Program-made: the position numbers and the translations under genes
Notes under the pieces: generated by a model
Seen by the model: the letters and a program-made list of their open reading frames with translations, nothing else
What the model was told of the DNA's origin: nothing
Database searches by the model: none
Shown: positions 9,246-19,013 of the stretch, piece after piece
Layout of the letters: every line of letters begins with the position of its first letter
Position numbering within the stretch: the stretch's first letter is position 1
Assembly: GCA_964452475.1 (NCBI GenBank)
Contig: CAYVML010000001.1
Coordinates: forward strand, 1-30,234
Reading direction: 5' to 3'
DNA: 30,234 nt
From: an uncultured Dehalococcoidales bacterium
Lineage (GTDB): Bacteria > Chloroflexota > Dehalococcoidia > GIF9 > AB-539-J10

Positions 9246-10121
9246 CTAAGAAAGAGGGCTGATATCCAGGCTGATATCCAGAGATTTTACCGAATGAGTT
9301 AGAGACCCTATAGAGATAAAATTAACGCCAGTCTCAGCCACCGAGCGAACCTTGTCCAGTGTAATTCCTCCTGAAGCTTCGATTGATGCCCGCCCATGAA
9401 CTAGTGCTACAGCGCGGCGCATATCTTCGAGGTTCATATTATCCAGCATTATGCTATCAGCGCCAGCCTCAACGGCCTGTGCTGCCTCCTGTGGATTGGT
9501 AACTTCCACCTCGATTTTCATTTGAGTAGGAGCATTCTGTCTTGCCTTTGTTAGTATCTCCTGGAGATTCAGTCCACGGTGGTAGAGAGCAGCCAGGTGG
9601 TTATCCTTGATAAGAACACTCTCTCCCAAATTCATACGATGGTTTTCCCCTCCTCCAACTCTGACAGCATATTTTTCTAAAATTCTCAGCCCAGGCGTAG
9701 TCTTCCTCGTATCCAAGATGCAGACTGGCAATCCATTTATTGCTTTTACATATCGATTTGTTTCTGTAGCAATGCCACTTAGCCTCTGAAGGAAATTTAA
9801 GGCCACTCTCTCCGCTCTAAGAATACTGCCTATTTTACCCTCTATCCTAGCAATAACAGCTCCAGATTGCATCCTGGACCCATCCTCAAGCTTGCCGTCT
9901 ATTGCTAAAGAGGAGTCTACTCTATAGAATACTTTGTACGCTATATTGATTCCAGCTAATATCCCACATTCCTCTGATTTCAGATAAGCTATGCCATACT
10001 GGTCGGCTGGAATGAGCGCAGCAGTGGTAACGTCATGGTTGGTATGGTCTTCACTTACAGCAAGCTCAACAATCTCCTCGATCTGTGACTCCATGAGCAT
10101 TTTACTGCCACTAAATTTCAA
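9246..10121 (-). CDS. nadC: Nicotinate-nucleotide diphosphorylase (carboxylating), QPRTase
   Basis: ERVALNFLQRLSGIAT, DTRKTTPGLR, HRMNL, LIKDNH and MLDN motifs. Start may be one of the downstream ATGs. Confidence 0.97.
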   Translation of the reverse strand: MKFSGSKMLMESQIEEIVELAVSEDHTNHDVTTAALIPADQYGIAYLKSEECGILAGINIAYKVFYRVDSSLAIDGKLEDGSRMQSGAVIARIEGKIGSILRAERVALNFLQRLSGIATETNRYVKAINGLPVCILDTRKTTPGLRILEKYAVRVGGGENHRMNLGESVLIKDNHLAALYHRGLNLQEILTKARQNAPTQMKIEVEVTNPQEAAQAVEAGADSIMLDNMNLEDMRRAVALVHGRASIEASGGITLDKVRSVAETGVNFISIGSLTHSVKSLDISLDISPLS

Positions 10122-10129
10122 TTTCTCGT

Positions 10130-11686
10130 TTATCCTCCTTCTTCGCGCTTAAAGATAATATGGTGTTTCCAGGTTAGTTGCGACTGAGGAAAATCAGTGC
10201 GGAAATGGGCACCACGACTTTCTTCACGTAGCAAAGCTGCCTCAGACATCAACCGGCCACAGAGAATCAAATTCCTCAACTCATAGGATGGCCGGTCAAC
10301 AGAGTTGGGGAGAATGCGCTGCCAGGAAGACAACAGCGTTGCTGCCTTGCGAAGGCTTTCTCCCGAACGTATAATACCTACTTTGTCCCACATTAGTGAT
10401 TGTAGGCTAGCCAGAGTTAGTACTACTTTTTTAGCTGGCTCCCCCCTATCTGGTAGAGAGTGATAGCTTATATTTTTCCTGATTTTACGGGTTTTTCGCC
10501 GCTGGTCTCTGCTTAATTTGGTTTTCTCTATCGCCCTTTTACCAAACACTACTGCCTCAAGTAATGAATTCGATGCCAACCTATTGGCCCCATGTGCTCC
10601 TGTACAGGCTACCTCTCCAACAGCAAATAAGCCGGGAACGTTTGTTTCTCCCCATGAATCCACTCCGATACCTCCCATAAGGTAGTGTGCAACCGGAGCT
10701 ACGGGAATAAGGTCTCTAGTCATATTCAAGCCATGATCCAGACAAAAACGATAGATGTGAGGAAAGCGGGTGGTAACAAGACGGACAGGCAAATGTGTAA
10801 CATCAAGAAAAACCCTATCACTGCTGTTTTTTTTCATTTCGCGAATGACACTTCTAGCTACTACATCACGAGGCGCCAGTTCGGCTTGAGATGTATAGCC
10901 TGGCATAAATCGCAGACCTTCCGAGTTTCTCAGTACGCCTCCTTCTCCTCTTACAGCTTCTGAAATTAAAAAAGGGTCTATTCCTTGCAGACGAAGGGCA
11001 GTGGGATGAAATTGAAAGAATTCTATATCACAAATTTCTGCACCAGCTTCATAAGCTAAAACTATTCCATCCCCTGTTACGACCTCGGAGTTAGTGGTGT
11101 ATTTGAAGAGACGACCAAGTCCTCCTGTAGCTAATATAAGAGATGAACACTCATATTCATCTACGGAACCAGTTCGACAGTCGATAGCCCTTATTCCCCT
11201 TACTTTGGCCTTCTCCAGCAAAATTTCACTTGCCAGGCAATGTTCAAATACTTGAATTCGGGATTCTCTTACCAGATTGGACAGAGAAAGCTCGATATGC
11301 TCACCAGTAGCATCTCCCCCAGCATGAATAATACGCGGGATACTATGAGCAGCTTCTTTCGTGAAAGTAATCTCTCCATTCAGAGTATCGAAGGGAACCT
11401 TAAATTTAACCAGATCAGAGATACAATTGGCAGCTTCGGTAGTCAGAATATGCACTGCTTTAGGATCACACAAACCGTCTCCTGCAGCCATAGTATCCTT
11501 GAAATGGAGTTCAGGAGAGTCTCCATTACCCATTGCTACTGCAATACCTCCCTGAGCATACCTGGTATTGCAGTCATCAATACTGCCCTTTGTTATAATA
11601 AGAACACTACCTTCCTCAATAGCAAGTAGTGCACAATAGAGGCCAGCAATGCCACTGCCCACTACTATGTAGTCGTAGTGAGTCAC
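10130..11686 (-). CDS. nadB: L-aspartate oxidase
   Basis: FAD-binding GSGIAGL, TRYAQGGIA, QFHPT, SEAVRGEG, HGANRLASNSLLE and ESRGAHFR motifs. GTG start. Confidence 0.96.
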   Translation of the reverse strand: MTHYDYIVVGSGIAGLYCALLAIEEGSVLIITKGSIDDCNTRYAQGGIAVAMGNGDSPELHFKDTMAAGDGLCDPKAVHILTTEAANCISDLVKFKVPFDTLNGEITFTKEAAHSIPRIIHAGGDATGEHIELSLSNLVRESRIQVFEHCLASEILLEKAKVRGIRAIDCRTGSVDEYECSSLILATGGLGRLFKYTTNSEVVTGDGIVLAYEAGAEICDIEFFQFHPTALRLQGIDPFLISEAVRGEGGVLRNSEGLRFMPGYTSQAELAPRDVVARSVIREMKKNSSDRVFLDVTHLPVRLVTTRFPHIYRFCLDHGLNMTRDLIPVAPVAHYLMGGIGVDSWGETNVPGLFAVGEVACTGAHGANRLASNSLLEAVVFGKRAIEKTKLSRDQRRKTRKIRKNISYHSLPDRGEPAKKVVLTLASLQSLMWDKVGIIRSGESLRKAATLLSSWQRILPNSVDRPSYELRNLILCGRLMSEAALLREESRGAHFRTDFPQSQLTWKHHIIFKREEGG

Positions 11687-11698
11687 TTATTTCTCATC

Positions 11699-12631
11699 CT
11701 AATTTATGTTGAGCATTCGTTCGATTGCTTGTCTTGCTCTTATCCTTATTTTCTCTGGCACTATAACCAATGCTTCTCCTGTTTCCATAGTTTCAACTAC
11801 CGTTTTCAGAGTAGTCTTCTTCATATCAGAACAGATAGAACCATCAGCTATAATATGAAATTCCTTCCCTGGATTTTGCTTTCTCAGGGGATGTAACATC
11901 CCTTCTTCCGTGCCAATAAGAAAATTTTTCTCGTAACTTTGCCTGGCATAATAAATCATTTGAGAAGTACTTAGAGCAGCATCTGCCAGTTCTATTACTT
12001 CAGGTCTGCATTCAGGGTGTACTAAAACTTTAGCTCCAGGATAACGTTGCCTCGCCTGTTTAATATGCTCAGCAGTTATTCTGTCATGGACATAACAGAC
12101 GCCTGGATAGAGTATTATCTTCTTACTGGATTTTGTAGAAACATAATGCCCCAGGTTCTTATCGGGAGTGAAGAGAACTTCATCTCCTGGCATGGCATTT
12201 ACTATTTCTACTCCGTTGGCTGAAGTACAACAAACATCGCTCTCTGCCTTGACCGCAGCAGTAGTATTTATATAAGACACCACCGTAGCTCCTGGATATC
12301 TCTCTTTCCACCGCCTTAGTTCACTGACATCAATCATATTAGCTAAAGGGCAACCGCTCTCTGGATGAGTTAGCAGCACCGTGGAACTGGGATTGAGTAT
12401 AGCTGCTGTCTCTGCCATAAAGCGGACTCCACAAAAGACAATCGTTTTCGACTTAATTTCAGCGCACTTTCGCGCCAGCTCAAGTGAATCGCCGGTAAAG
12501 TCAGCTATATCCTGTACCTCAGGGCGTTGATAATTATGAGCAACTATAACAGCGTCAAGCTCTCTTTTTAACCTAGTAATCTTTTCATTATAATCTGCCC
12601 GTGTCTGCTCTAACATGGTTAACAATCCCAT
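11699..12631 (-). CDS. nadA: Quinolinate synthase A
   Basis: AHNYQRPEVQDIAD, FCGVRFMAE, GCPLA, YINT, CYVH, HPEC and CSDMKK motifs, including the Fe-S cysteines. Confidence 0.97.
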   Translation of the reverse strand: MGLLTMLEQTRADYNEKITRLKRELDAVIVAHNYQRPEVQDIADFTGDSLELARKCAEIKSKTIVFCGVRFMAETAAILNPSSTVLLTHPESGCPLANMIDVSELRRWKERYPGATVVSYINTTAAVKAESDVCCTSANGVEIVNAMPGDEVLFTPDKNLGHYVSTKSSKKIILYPGVCYVHDRITAEHIKQARQRYPGAKVLVHPECRPEVIELADAALSTSQMIYYARQSYEKNFLIGTEEGMLHPLRKQNPGKEFHIIADGSICSDMKKTTLKTVVETMETGEALVIVPEKIRIRARQAIERMLNIN

Positions 12632-12661
12632 CTATTCATTTGTATAAGTAATACGAAAGCC

Positions 12662-12946
12662 CTACTTGTCCATGATATCCAGTTTGCCAATTACGCTATC
12701 CTTGGCTACTCTCATCGTAGCCCCGGATTCTACCTTCAGAACTACAGTTTCCTCTCCAATGCTTTCCAACACTCCATATATCCCCCCTGCAGTGCGCACT
12801 TTATTCCCTTTCTTTAGCTCTCTGGTTAATTCCTCATGTTCCTTCTGTCTCTTACGTTGTGGTCTAATAAGTACGAAATACACCATGCCAAACATTAACA
12901 CAAGGAAAACAATAGTCCCTCCCATACCTTCAGTAAAGAACTCCAT
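12662..12946 (-). CDS. yajC: Preprotein translocase subunit YajC
   Basis: Single TM helix followed by IRPQRKRQK...LKKGNKVRTAGGIYG. SD AAGGAGG. Confidence 0.95.
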   Translation of the reverse strand: MEFFTEGMGGTIVFLVLMFGMVYFVLIRPQRKRQKEHEELTRELKKGNKVRTAGGIYGVLESIGEETVVLKVESGATMRVAKDSVIGKLDIMDK

Positions 12947-12966
12947 AATATTCCTCCTTCCTTTAA

Positions 12967-14253
12967 CTAGTTATTATACCTGACTTTCCCTTGCAGCGCC
13001 CAAGGACTGCTTTTCTCGACTTTGACTGCAAGGATTTTCCCTTCACAATCACTCTCCTCTTCAAAGAAGGTTAGCTTATCATTTCTGCTTCGTCCATACC
13101 ATTTCCCTTTTTTCTTACCTTCTACAAGAACCTTGACAATTTTCCCTTGATAGGAAGAATTTTTTTCGCCTGCAATATATTCCTGAAGCTGTTCAATCTT
13201 ATTGAACCTCTTCTTCTTTACTTCCACAGGAATATCATCTTTATACTTTCGCCATGCTAAAGTGCCGGGCCTGGGAGAGTAGACTGCTACATGTACCATG
13301 TCAAAAGCAATATCTTCAAGTAGAGAATATGTATGTTCAAATTGTTCATCGCTTTCCCCTGGAAATCCAACAATGATGTCTGTACTCAAAGAGATTTGTG
13401 GGATATACTGCCGGATGGTATTCACCAACTCGCGAAAATATTCAACGGTATATCCACGTCTCATAGCTTTAAGTATTATGTCATCTCCTGACTGGGCAGC
13501 AAGGTTAAGGTGTTCACAAACTTTATCAAGAGAGTTCATGGTTTTTATAAGTTTCAAAGTCACATCCTTGGGATGATTGGTTAAAAAGCGAATTCTGGCT
13601 AACCCAGCAATGTTGTTTAATTCATCCAGCAGATCAGCCAAATCAGGTTGCCCCGGCAAGTCATGTCCATAAGAATTGACATTCTGTCCTAATAGAGTTA
13701 CCTCCTTTATCCCTTCTTCAACCAGGCTATTAACTTCAGCTGTTATTTCTCTGAGAGGATGGCTGATTTCCCTGCCTCTCCTGTATGGGACAATACAGTA
13801 AGAGCAGAAGTTATTACAACCTTGAATAATGGGTACTGGAACAGATATCGGACGTTTTCTTTCACTGGTTCTTATATGTTGAAGATTAGTAATTGAATTA
13901 ACGCCTTGTCTTTCAAGCCACTCTATTAAAACCGAAAAATCTCCAGGTCTAAAGAAAAGGTCTACCTGTGGAAATTGTTTTTTCAATTCCTCGATACGAG
14001 GTGCAACAAAACAGCCGGTAACCAATACAGATAGATTTGGTTTTTCATCCTTTAGCCCTTTCAAAAGTCCCAGCGTACCTAAAACTTTGTTTTCCGCACT
14101 CTGCCGTACCACACAGGTATTGAGCACTACCAGGTCAGCATCCCTGAAGTTGTCTGCATTCTGATAACCTGTTGAGTCCAGATAGCTGGCTATCTGCTGT
14201 GATTCTGCTTTGTTCATCTGGCAGCCGATGGTCCAGATGTAATAATATGGCAA
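12967..14253 (-). CDS. miaB: tRNA (N6-isopentenyl adenosine(37)-C2)-methylthiotransferase
   Basis: TIGCQMN, NTCVVR, GC, radical SAM CNNFCSYC, TDIIVGFPGE and a C-terminal TRAM domain. TTG start with SD AGGAG. Confidence 0.92.
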   Translation of the reverse strand: MPYYYIWTIGCQMNKAESQQIASYLDSTGYQNADNFRDADLVVLNTCVVRQSAENKVLGTLGLLKGLKDEKPNLSVLVTGCFVAPRIEELKKQFPQVDLFFRPGDFSVLIEWLERQGVNSITNLQHIRTSERKRPISVPVPIIQGCNNFCSYCIVPYRRGREISHPLREITAEVNSLVEEGIKEVTLLGQNVNSYGHDLPGQPDLADLLDELNNIAGLARIRFLTNHPKDVTLKLIKTMNSLDKVCEHLNLAAQSGDDIILKAMRRGYTVEYFRELVNTIRQYIPQISLSTDIIVGFPGESDEQFEHTYSLLEDIAFDMVHVAVYSPRPGTLAWRKYKDDIPVEVKKKRFNKIEQLQEYIAGEKNSSYQGKIVKVLVEGKKKGKWYGRSRNDKLTFFEEESDCEGKILAVKVEKSSPWALQGKVRYNN

Positions 14254-14436
14254 AAGTTACTCCTGTGTTCTTTCAATCTTAGCGAAAGTATATAATATTA
14301 TCCTTGATTGGTTAAAATGGCGAAGAGTAAGGGAAACTCCGTTGTTCGGACAGGATGCGCTATGTATAACAAATAGGCTAGAAAGTAATAGTTATTCCTG
14401 ACCTATCTCGCCTTCCTGTTAAAAGACCATGGGGGG

Positions 14437-14455
14437 TTCCATTCTGAATCTATGG
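14437..14455 (+). repeat. 19-bp direct repeat, copy 1 (TTCCATTCTGAATCTATGG)
   Basis: 18/19 identical to 20510-20528. Both copies are intergenic. Confidence 0.5.
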
Positions 14456-14502
14456 ATAGGAGGAGGGAAGTCTTTGCTTATCTTTTCGATAGTTTAGCAT
14501 TA

Positions 14503-15741
14503 TTATGCTATTTCCAGCACTTGTTTTTTTCTCATCGGTTTGATGAACAAGACAAGAAAAAACCCGGCTATTATAATGCCAATCAGGATAAGGAATGCCA
14601 TTTCATAGCTACCTGTGTTGTCAAATATTAATCCGAGGACAAATGGTCCTACTGCACCACCGAGGGTTCCACAGAAGGTGAGGATGCCAAAAAGAGAGCC
14701 GAGAGCTTTTGTGCTAAACATCTCCGCCAGAAGTGGAGACATTAGTGAAAAAAAACCACCATGGCTAAAACCATATATAAGGACGAAAATGACAAGCTGC
14801 CAATACTCATTGGCGAAGTAAAGCCACAATAGCGCAATCAGTGCCAGCATGAAACAGCCAAGTAGCACTCTGTGCAGGCCGATTCTATCACCCAAGGTGG
14901 GGACACTAATCCTGCCAACGATACTCACGGCTCCAAGAATAGAAATAAGCTGCGATCCCCTGGAAATTGATACTCCCAAATCTATCGCATGAGGTGCGAT
15001 ATGTACCAGCAGGCTATTGACAACGAACTGAATGGTGGACATAGCAATACAGAGCATCCAGAACTGTCTCGTACGCGATGCCTCCTGTAAAGAGTACCCA
15101 CCCTTTATTGAATCAGACGTTTCCCCCTGCTCCATTCCATAAGGTGTCAGCCCTTTCATTGAAGGGTCTCTTCGAAGAAACTGGCTTAATGGAACAACAC
15201 AGGCGACAAGAATTATGCTGATGATTAGATATGTCATTCGCCATCCCTGTGTATTGATGAGGTAGCTAATTAATAGAGGGATAAGCATAATCCCCAGTCC
15301 TGATCCGGCCTTCGCCAAGCCGCCAGCGAATCCCCTTCGTTTCACAAACCAACGGGCAATGGTGGAGAGAGAAATAACATCGGCAGGTAGTGCCCACATG
15401 CTAACAATCAGGCCATAGAACAGGTAAATCTGCCAGAGAGAAGTCATCTGTGACATCAGGAAATACCCCAAACCGGCTATGATGCCAGCAACGGTAAGTA
15501 TTACACGCGGACCAATCCTGTCGCTGAGCCGACCGAGAACGATAGCGCTAAGACCGCTAATAAGGAAACCTATCGAATAGGCGCCTGAGATAGCCGCCCT
15601 CGAACATTGAAACTCCTCAAGCAACTGGATAAAGAAGACCCCATAACTAAATTGAAAACCGTGGATAACAGCAAGTATGGGAATAAATGCGACTACTATA
15701 TAGTACCCATAAAATATACGAGGAGGTTTAATGATCTTCAT
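14503..15741 (-). CDS. MFS transporter (OFA/MCT-like)
   Basis: About 12 TM helices, motif A GRLSDRIGPR and a second GDRIG motif, ARWFVKRRG. Confidence 0.92.
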   Translation of the reverse strand: MKIIKPPRIFYGYYIVVAFIPILAVIHGFQFSYGVFFIQLLEEFQCSRAAISGAYSIGFLISGLSAIVLGRLSDRIGPRVILTVAGIIAGLGYFLMSQMTSLWQIYLFYGLIVSMWALPADVISLSTIARWFVKRRGFAGGLAKAGSGLGIMLIPLLISYLINTQGWRMTYLIISIILVACVVPLSQFLRRDPSMKGLTPYGMEQGETSDSIKGGYSLQEASRTRQFWMLCIAMSTIQFVVNSLLVHIAPHAIDLGVSISRGSQLISILGAVSIVGRISVPTLGDRIGLHRVLLGCFMLALIALLWLYFANEYWQLVIFVLIYGFSHGGFFSLMSPLLAEMFSTKALGSLFGILTFCGTLGGAVGPFVLGLIFDNTGSYEMAFLILIGIIIAGFFLVLFIKPMRKKQVLEIA

Positions 15742-16021
15742 TATTTATACTGACGCTACAACTAGATAATATTAGGCTTGCCAAACCGGCTAGTAACCGA
15801 TAGATAACTGTATTATAAATTTTATTTCTTCTGCAGAAAGTAATCAAAAATCAAAGTTATCTGCAGATGATTCTCCTTTTGCAGTGTTATTTCTGACCTG
15901 CTTTACCAGCTGACGTGATCCCCAATCCGTCATTACTGCCAGACTAGTTTCAGGAGACCGTATTATATCTGTAAAAGCTCTTTTAAAGTCCCTCACAGAT
16001 TCGTGCTAGAATAGCAGGCAA

Positions 16022-17296
16022 ATGCCTAGTTCCTTCAAACTCTTCCACCCTTTCTATGGCTGGTACATAGTAGCTGCATCCTTTATCATTAGCTTCTACG
16101 TGGTAGGAACTGTATTCTACGGATTTACCACCATCTTCAGGCCGATTGTAGAGGAGTTCAGTTGGAGCTATGCCCAGGTATCGCTGGCTGCCTCGCTTCG
16201 TGGAGTTGAATCAGGACTACTGGCACCAGTCGTAGGAATACTGATTGATCGCTGGGGGCCGCGTCGTATCGTCTTTATCGGTGGTTTTCTTACAGCTCTT
16301 GGTCTATTTATGCTGAGCCGTATAAATTCCCTTGCTGGCTTTTATATATCATTCTCGCTTATCGCCGTTGCAATGAGCGCCTGCAGTATAACTGTTTTGA
16401 TGACTGGCATCTCTAACTGGTTTCGTAGAAAGGTTGGTCTGGCAATGAGCATTGTCAGTTGTGGTTTTGGAGCAGGTGGACTGATGGTGTTCGTGATGGC
16501 ACGGTTGGTGGATACACATGGATGGCGAGACACCGTACAGGGCCTGGCCTTCGGTGTACTGATTATAGTGCTGCCACTTGCTCTGCTATTGAGACATAAA
16601 CCGCAACAGTATGGGTATCTTTCAGATGGCGATACTGTGCCCGTGACTGAGACATCAGGGGGCAAGGTCGCTGCTGAGATAAAAGAATATGGTATTACAA
16701 TACGACAGGCATTGAGAACACGAACCTTCTGGCTTATGGCTGTCATGTTCATATGCCATCACTTGATGGTCAGTACGGTTGTTACTCATGTTATGCCATA
16801 TCTGACCGATGTCGGCCTGACGACGGCGATAGCTAGCTTTGGAGCATCGGGAATTCCGCTGGCGAGTATACTTGGCAGGATGGGATTCGGCGCGCTTGGC
16901 GACAGAGTGAGCAGGAAGAAGGTGATGGTGTTAATGTTTGCCATGGTTTTTCTAGGGCTGCTGGTATTCCAGATGGTGGGGACCTTTGCCATTGCTGGAG
17001 TTATTACCTTCCTGGCCCTTTTTGGTGTCGGGTATGGGGGATTCAATGCAACCCGTCCGGCTTTCGCCCGTCAGGTATTTGGCACCAGACAGTATGGCAC
17101 TATTTTCGGCTGTCTCGTTGGTATGGGAATGCTTGGAAATATTGCTGGCCCGTATATAGCAGGCAAGATGTTTGATATACAAGGCAGTTATCAAAACGTC
17201 TGGTTAATCTTTGCTGCTGTTGCACTCATTGCTCTTTTTTCGGCAATGACTATAAACGACAAAGAACCACTTTTCGATAATGAATCCGCAGGTTAA
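16022..17296 (+). CDS. MFS transporter (OFA/MCT-like)
   Basis: About 12 TM helices, GILIDRWGPRR, SNWFRRKVGLA and GALGDRVSRK motifs. Divergent from its paralogue. Confidence 0.92.
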   Translation: MPSSFKLFHPFYGWYIVAASFIISFYVVGTVFYGFTTIFRPIVEEFSWSYAQVSLAASLRGVESGLLAPVVGILIDRWGPRRIVFIGGFLTALGLFMLSRINSLAGFYISFSLIAVAMSACSITVLMTGISNWFRRKVGLAMSIVSCGFGAGGLMVFVMARLVDTHGWRDTVQGLAFGVLIIVLPLALLLRHKPQQYGYLSDGDTVPVTETSGGKVAAEIKEYGITIRQALRTRTFWLMAVMFICHHLMVSTVVTHVMPYLTDVGLTTAIASFGASGIPLASILGRMGFGALGDRVSRKKVMVLMFAMVFLGLLVFQMVGTFAIAGVITFLALFGVGYGGFNATRPAFARQVFGTRQYGTIFGCLVGMGMLGNIAGPYIAGKMFDIQGSYQNVWLIFAAVALIALFSAMTINDKEPLFDNESAG

Positions 17297-17400
17297 TGTA
17301 TGAGAAACTATGGGGTTAAGGTAACTCCGTAATGTTAAGAGTGGTTTTAGTTAATATAGCTACGGAATGGATTATTTTTCAAGTAATTATAAGCTGGTGA

Positions 17401-17443
17401 ACTTTTAATCAGGGTTCCGCGGGTTCGAATCCCTCACGACCTA
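17401..17443 (+). pseudogene. 3' half of a tRNA-Lys(UUU) gene, att-site-like fragment
   Basis: Anticodon loop CTTTTAA (17402-17408), 3' anticodon stem TCAGG, 5-nt variable loop, T-arm GCGGG-TTCGAAT-CCCTC (one mismatch), acceptor 3' strand ACGACCT plus A. No 5' acceptor strand, D-arm or 5' anticodon stem upstream. Confidence 0.8.
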
Positions 17444-17577
17444 CAAACCTGTAAGACCAGATGGTATTATTTAATTCACGGTTTTTCTTAATTCCGCCTG
17501 GTGCGTTATACTACGTTATAAAAATTTCTCTACCGTTTATTAATTAAACTAACTCAATATAGGGGGAGGGTAATGTA

Positions 17578-18654
17578 ATGAAGGAGCGAATCGCAGTACT
17601 TGGTGCCGGAGCAATAGGAGCCGCAATAGGAGCCTACCTGATAAGAGATGGCCACGATGTGATACTCATCGACCAATGGGCGGCACACATCGAAAAAATC
17701 CGAAATGATGGTTTGAAGCTAACTGACTTAAACGGCGAGTTCACCGTACGGGCCAAAGCAATTCAGCTAAGCGATGTTAACAACCTGCGGGAAATGTTCG
17801 ACATCGTTTACCTATCCGTGAAATCGTATGATACAAGGTGGTCTGCCTATCTAATCGAGCCATACCTCAAACCAACTGGTTTCATTTTGCCAGTCCAGAA
17901 TTCACTGAATGATGAACTAGTTGCCAGCATCGTAGGCTTCAATCGTACCGTGGGCTGTGTTCCCACAATCAGTGCCGGAATTTATGAGCCGGGGCACGTA
18001 ATTCGCACTGATCCGATTACGCATTGCTTTACCGTCGGCGAGTTATCCGGCTTGATAACCAACCGAGTGAAAGGAGTTGTTCAGGCACTTTCGGCAGTGG
18101 GGGAAAGTGAAGCAACCTCCAATATCTGGGGAGCTCGCTGGGCGAAACTGGTAATCAACGCTATGGGCAACTCTCTAGCGGGTATCGTTGGCCCCTCATT
18201 ATCTTCCCTGGACGCAGCGCAGAAAGATACATATAATTTGATTAGAGTAGTAACCGGTAGTGAAGCAGTTCGGGTTGGTCTAGCATCGGGAATAAGCGTG
18301 GAACCGATACAGAAAGTTCCGGCCCAAGAGTTCGGCATAGCCACAAGCACAGAGAGCATAAAAAAATTAAAAGAAAAGATGGCTGATATCTGGGCAAAGA
18401 GGTCCCTTCCGGCAGAAGATATGCAAAAAAAACTAGGGGCACCAGGCCGTCCGTCACTGTTACAAGACGTGATGAAGGGAAGACGAACTGAGGTTACATA
18501 TCTCAATGGAGTGATAGTTCAGAAAGGCAAAGAGGTTGGAGTACCTACACCAATTAACCAGCTCATTCTGGATCTCATGCTTAAAATAGAAAACGGCGAT
18601 GTTAAGCCCGACCCATCAAATCTTGAGACACTTAAGGCCCATCTTTCGACTTAA
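17578..18654 (+). CDS. Ketopantoate reductase (ApbA/PanE) family oxidoreductase
   Basis: Rossmann GAGAIG, VKSYD, QNSL, catalytic WAKLVIN Lys, SLLQD and RRTE...LNG Glu motifs. No other pan genes nearby, so the substrate is uncertain. Confidence 0.88.
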   Translation: MKERIAVLGAGAIGAAIGAYLIRDGHDVILIDQWAAHIEKIRNDGLKLTDLNGEFTVRAKAIQLSDVNNLREMFDIVYLSVKSYDTRWSAYLIEPYLKPTGFILPVQNSLNDELVASIVGFNRTVGCVPTISAGIYEPGHVIRTDPITHCFTVGELSGLITNRVKGVVQALSAVGESEATSNIWGARWAKLVINAMGNSLAGIVGPSLSSLDAAQKDTYNLIRVVTGSEAVRVGLASGISVEPIQKVPAQEFGIATSTESIKKLKEKMADIWAKRSLPAEDMQKKLGAPGRPSLLQDVMKGRRTEVTYLNGVIVQKGKEVGVPTPINQLILDLMLKIENGDVKPDPSNLETLKAHLST

Positions 18655-19013
18655 TAGAGGGGGAATCCCAACAACAGAAAAGAGGCATCAAGGGTGCTAT
18701 CACTTCGGGCATTGTTGTAGTGACTCCCCGTCTGATGAATACCTTATTATCCATAATCAACAACTGGGATATTCATTTCGATAATATCACTTACAGTGGG
18801 TTGCCCTCCAAAAACCTCTCACTTCATCCGTACTTGTTTTTGAGGAGCAGGTTAGTATTTTATGCAACAGAAGATTCTAATACCTTACTTGCTAAATACA
18901 GCACGCAACATTTACACGCATGAAAGTGGCTTTAGCTTCTTTTGTTTCCGGTTATCCTGCTGTTACTAAGAACTCGATAATTAACAGGTAGTAATATAAC
19001 AAGGAGGGTGAAT

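Noticed and set aside
9258-9281. 12-bp tandem duplication GCTGATATCCAG x2 at the nadC 3' end
   Set aside because: It encodes SLDISLDI, which resembles the normal NadC C-terminus. In frame, with no evident consequence.
18720-18923. 67-aa plus-strand ORF between the PanE-like gene and the nitroreductase
   Set aside because: No SD, no recognisable domain and intergenic-like composition.
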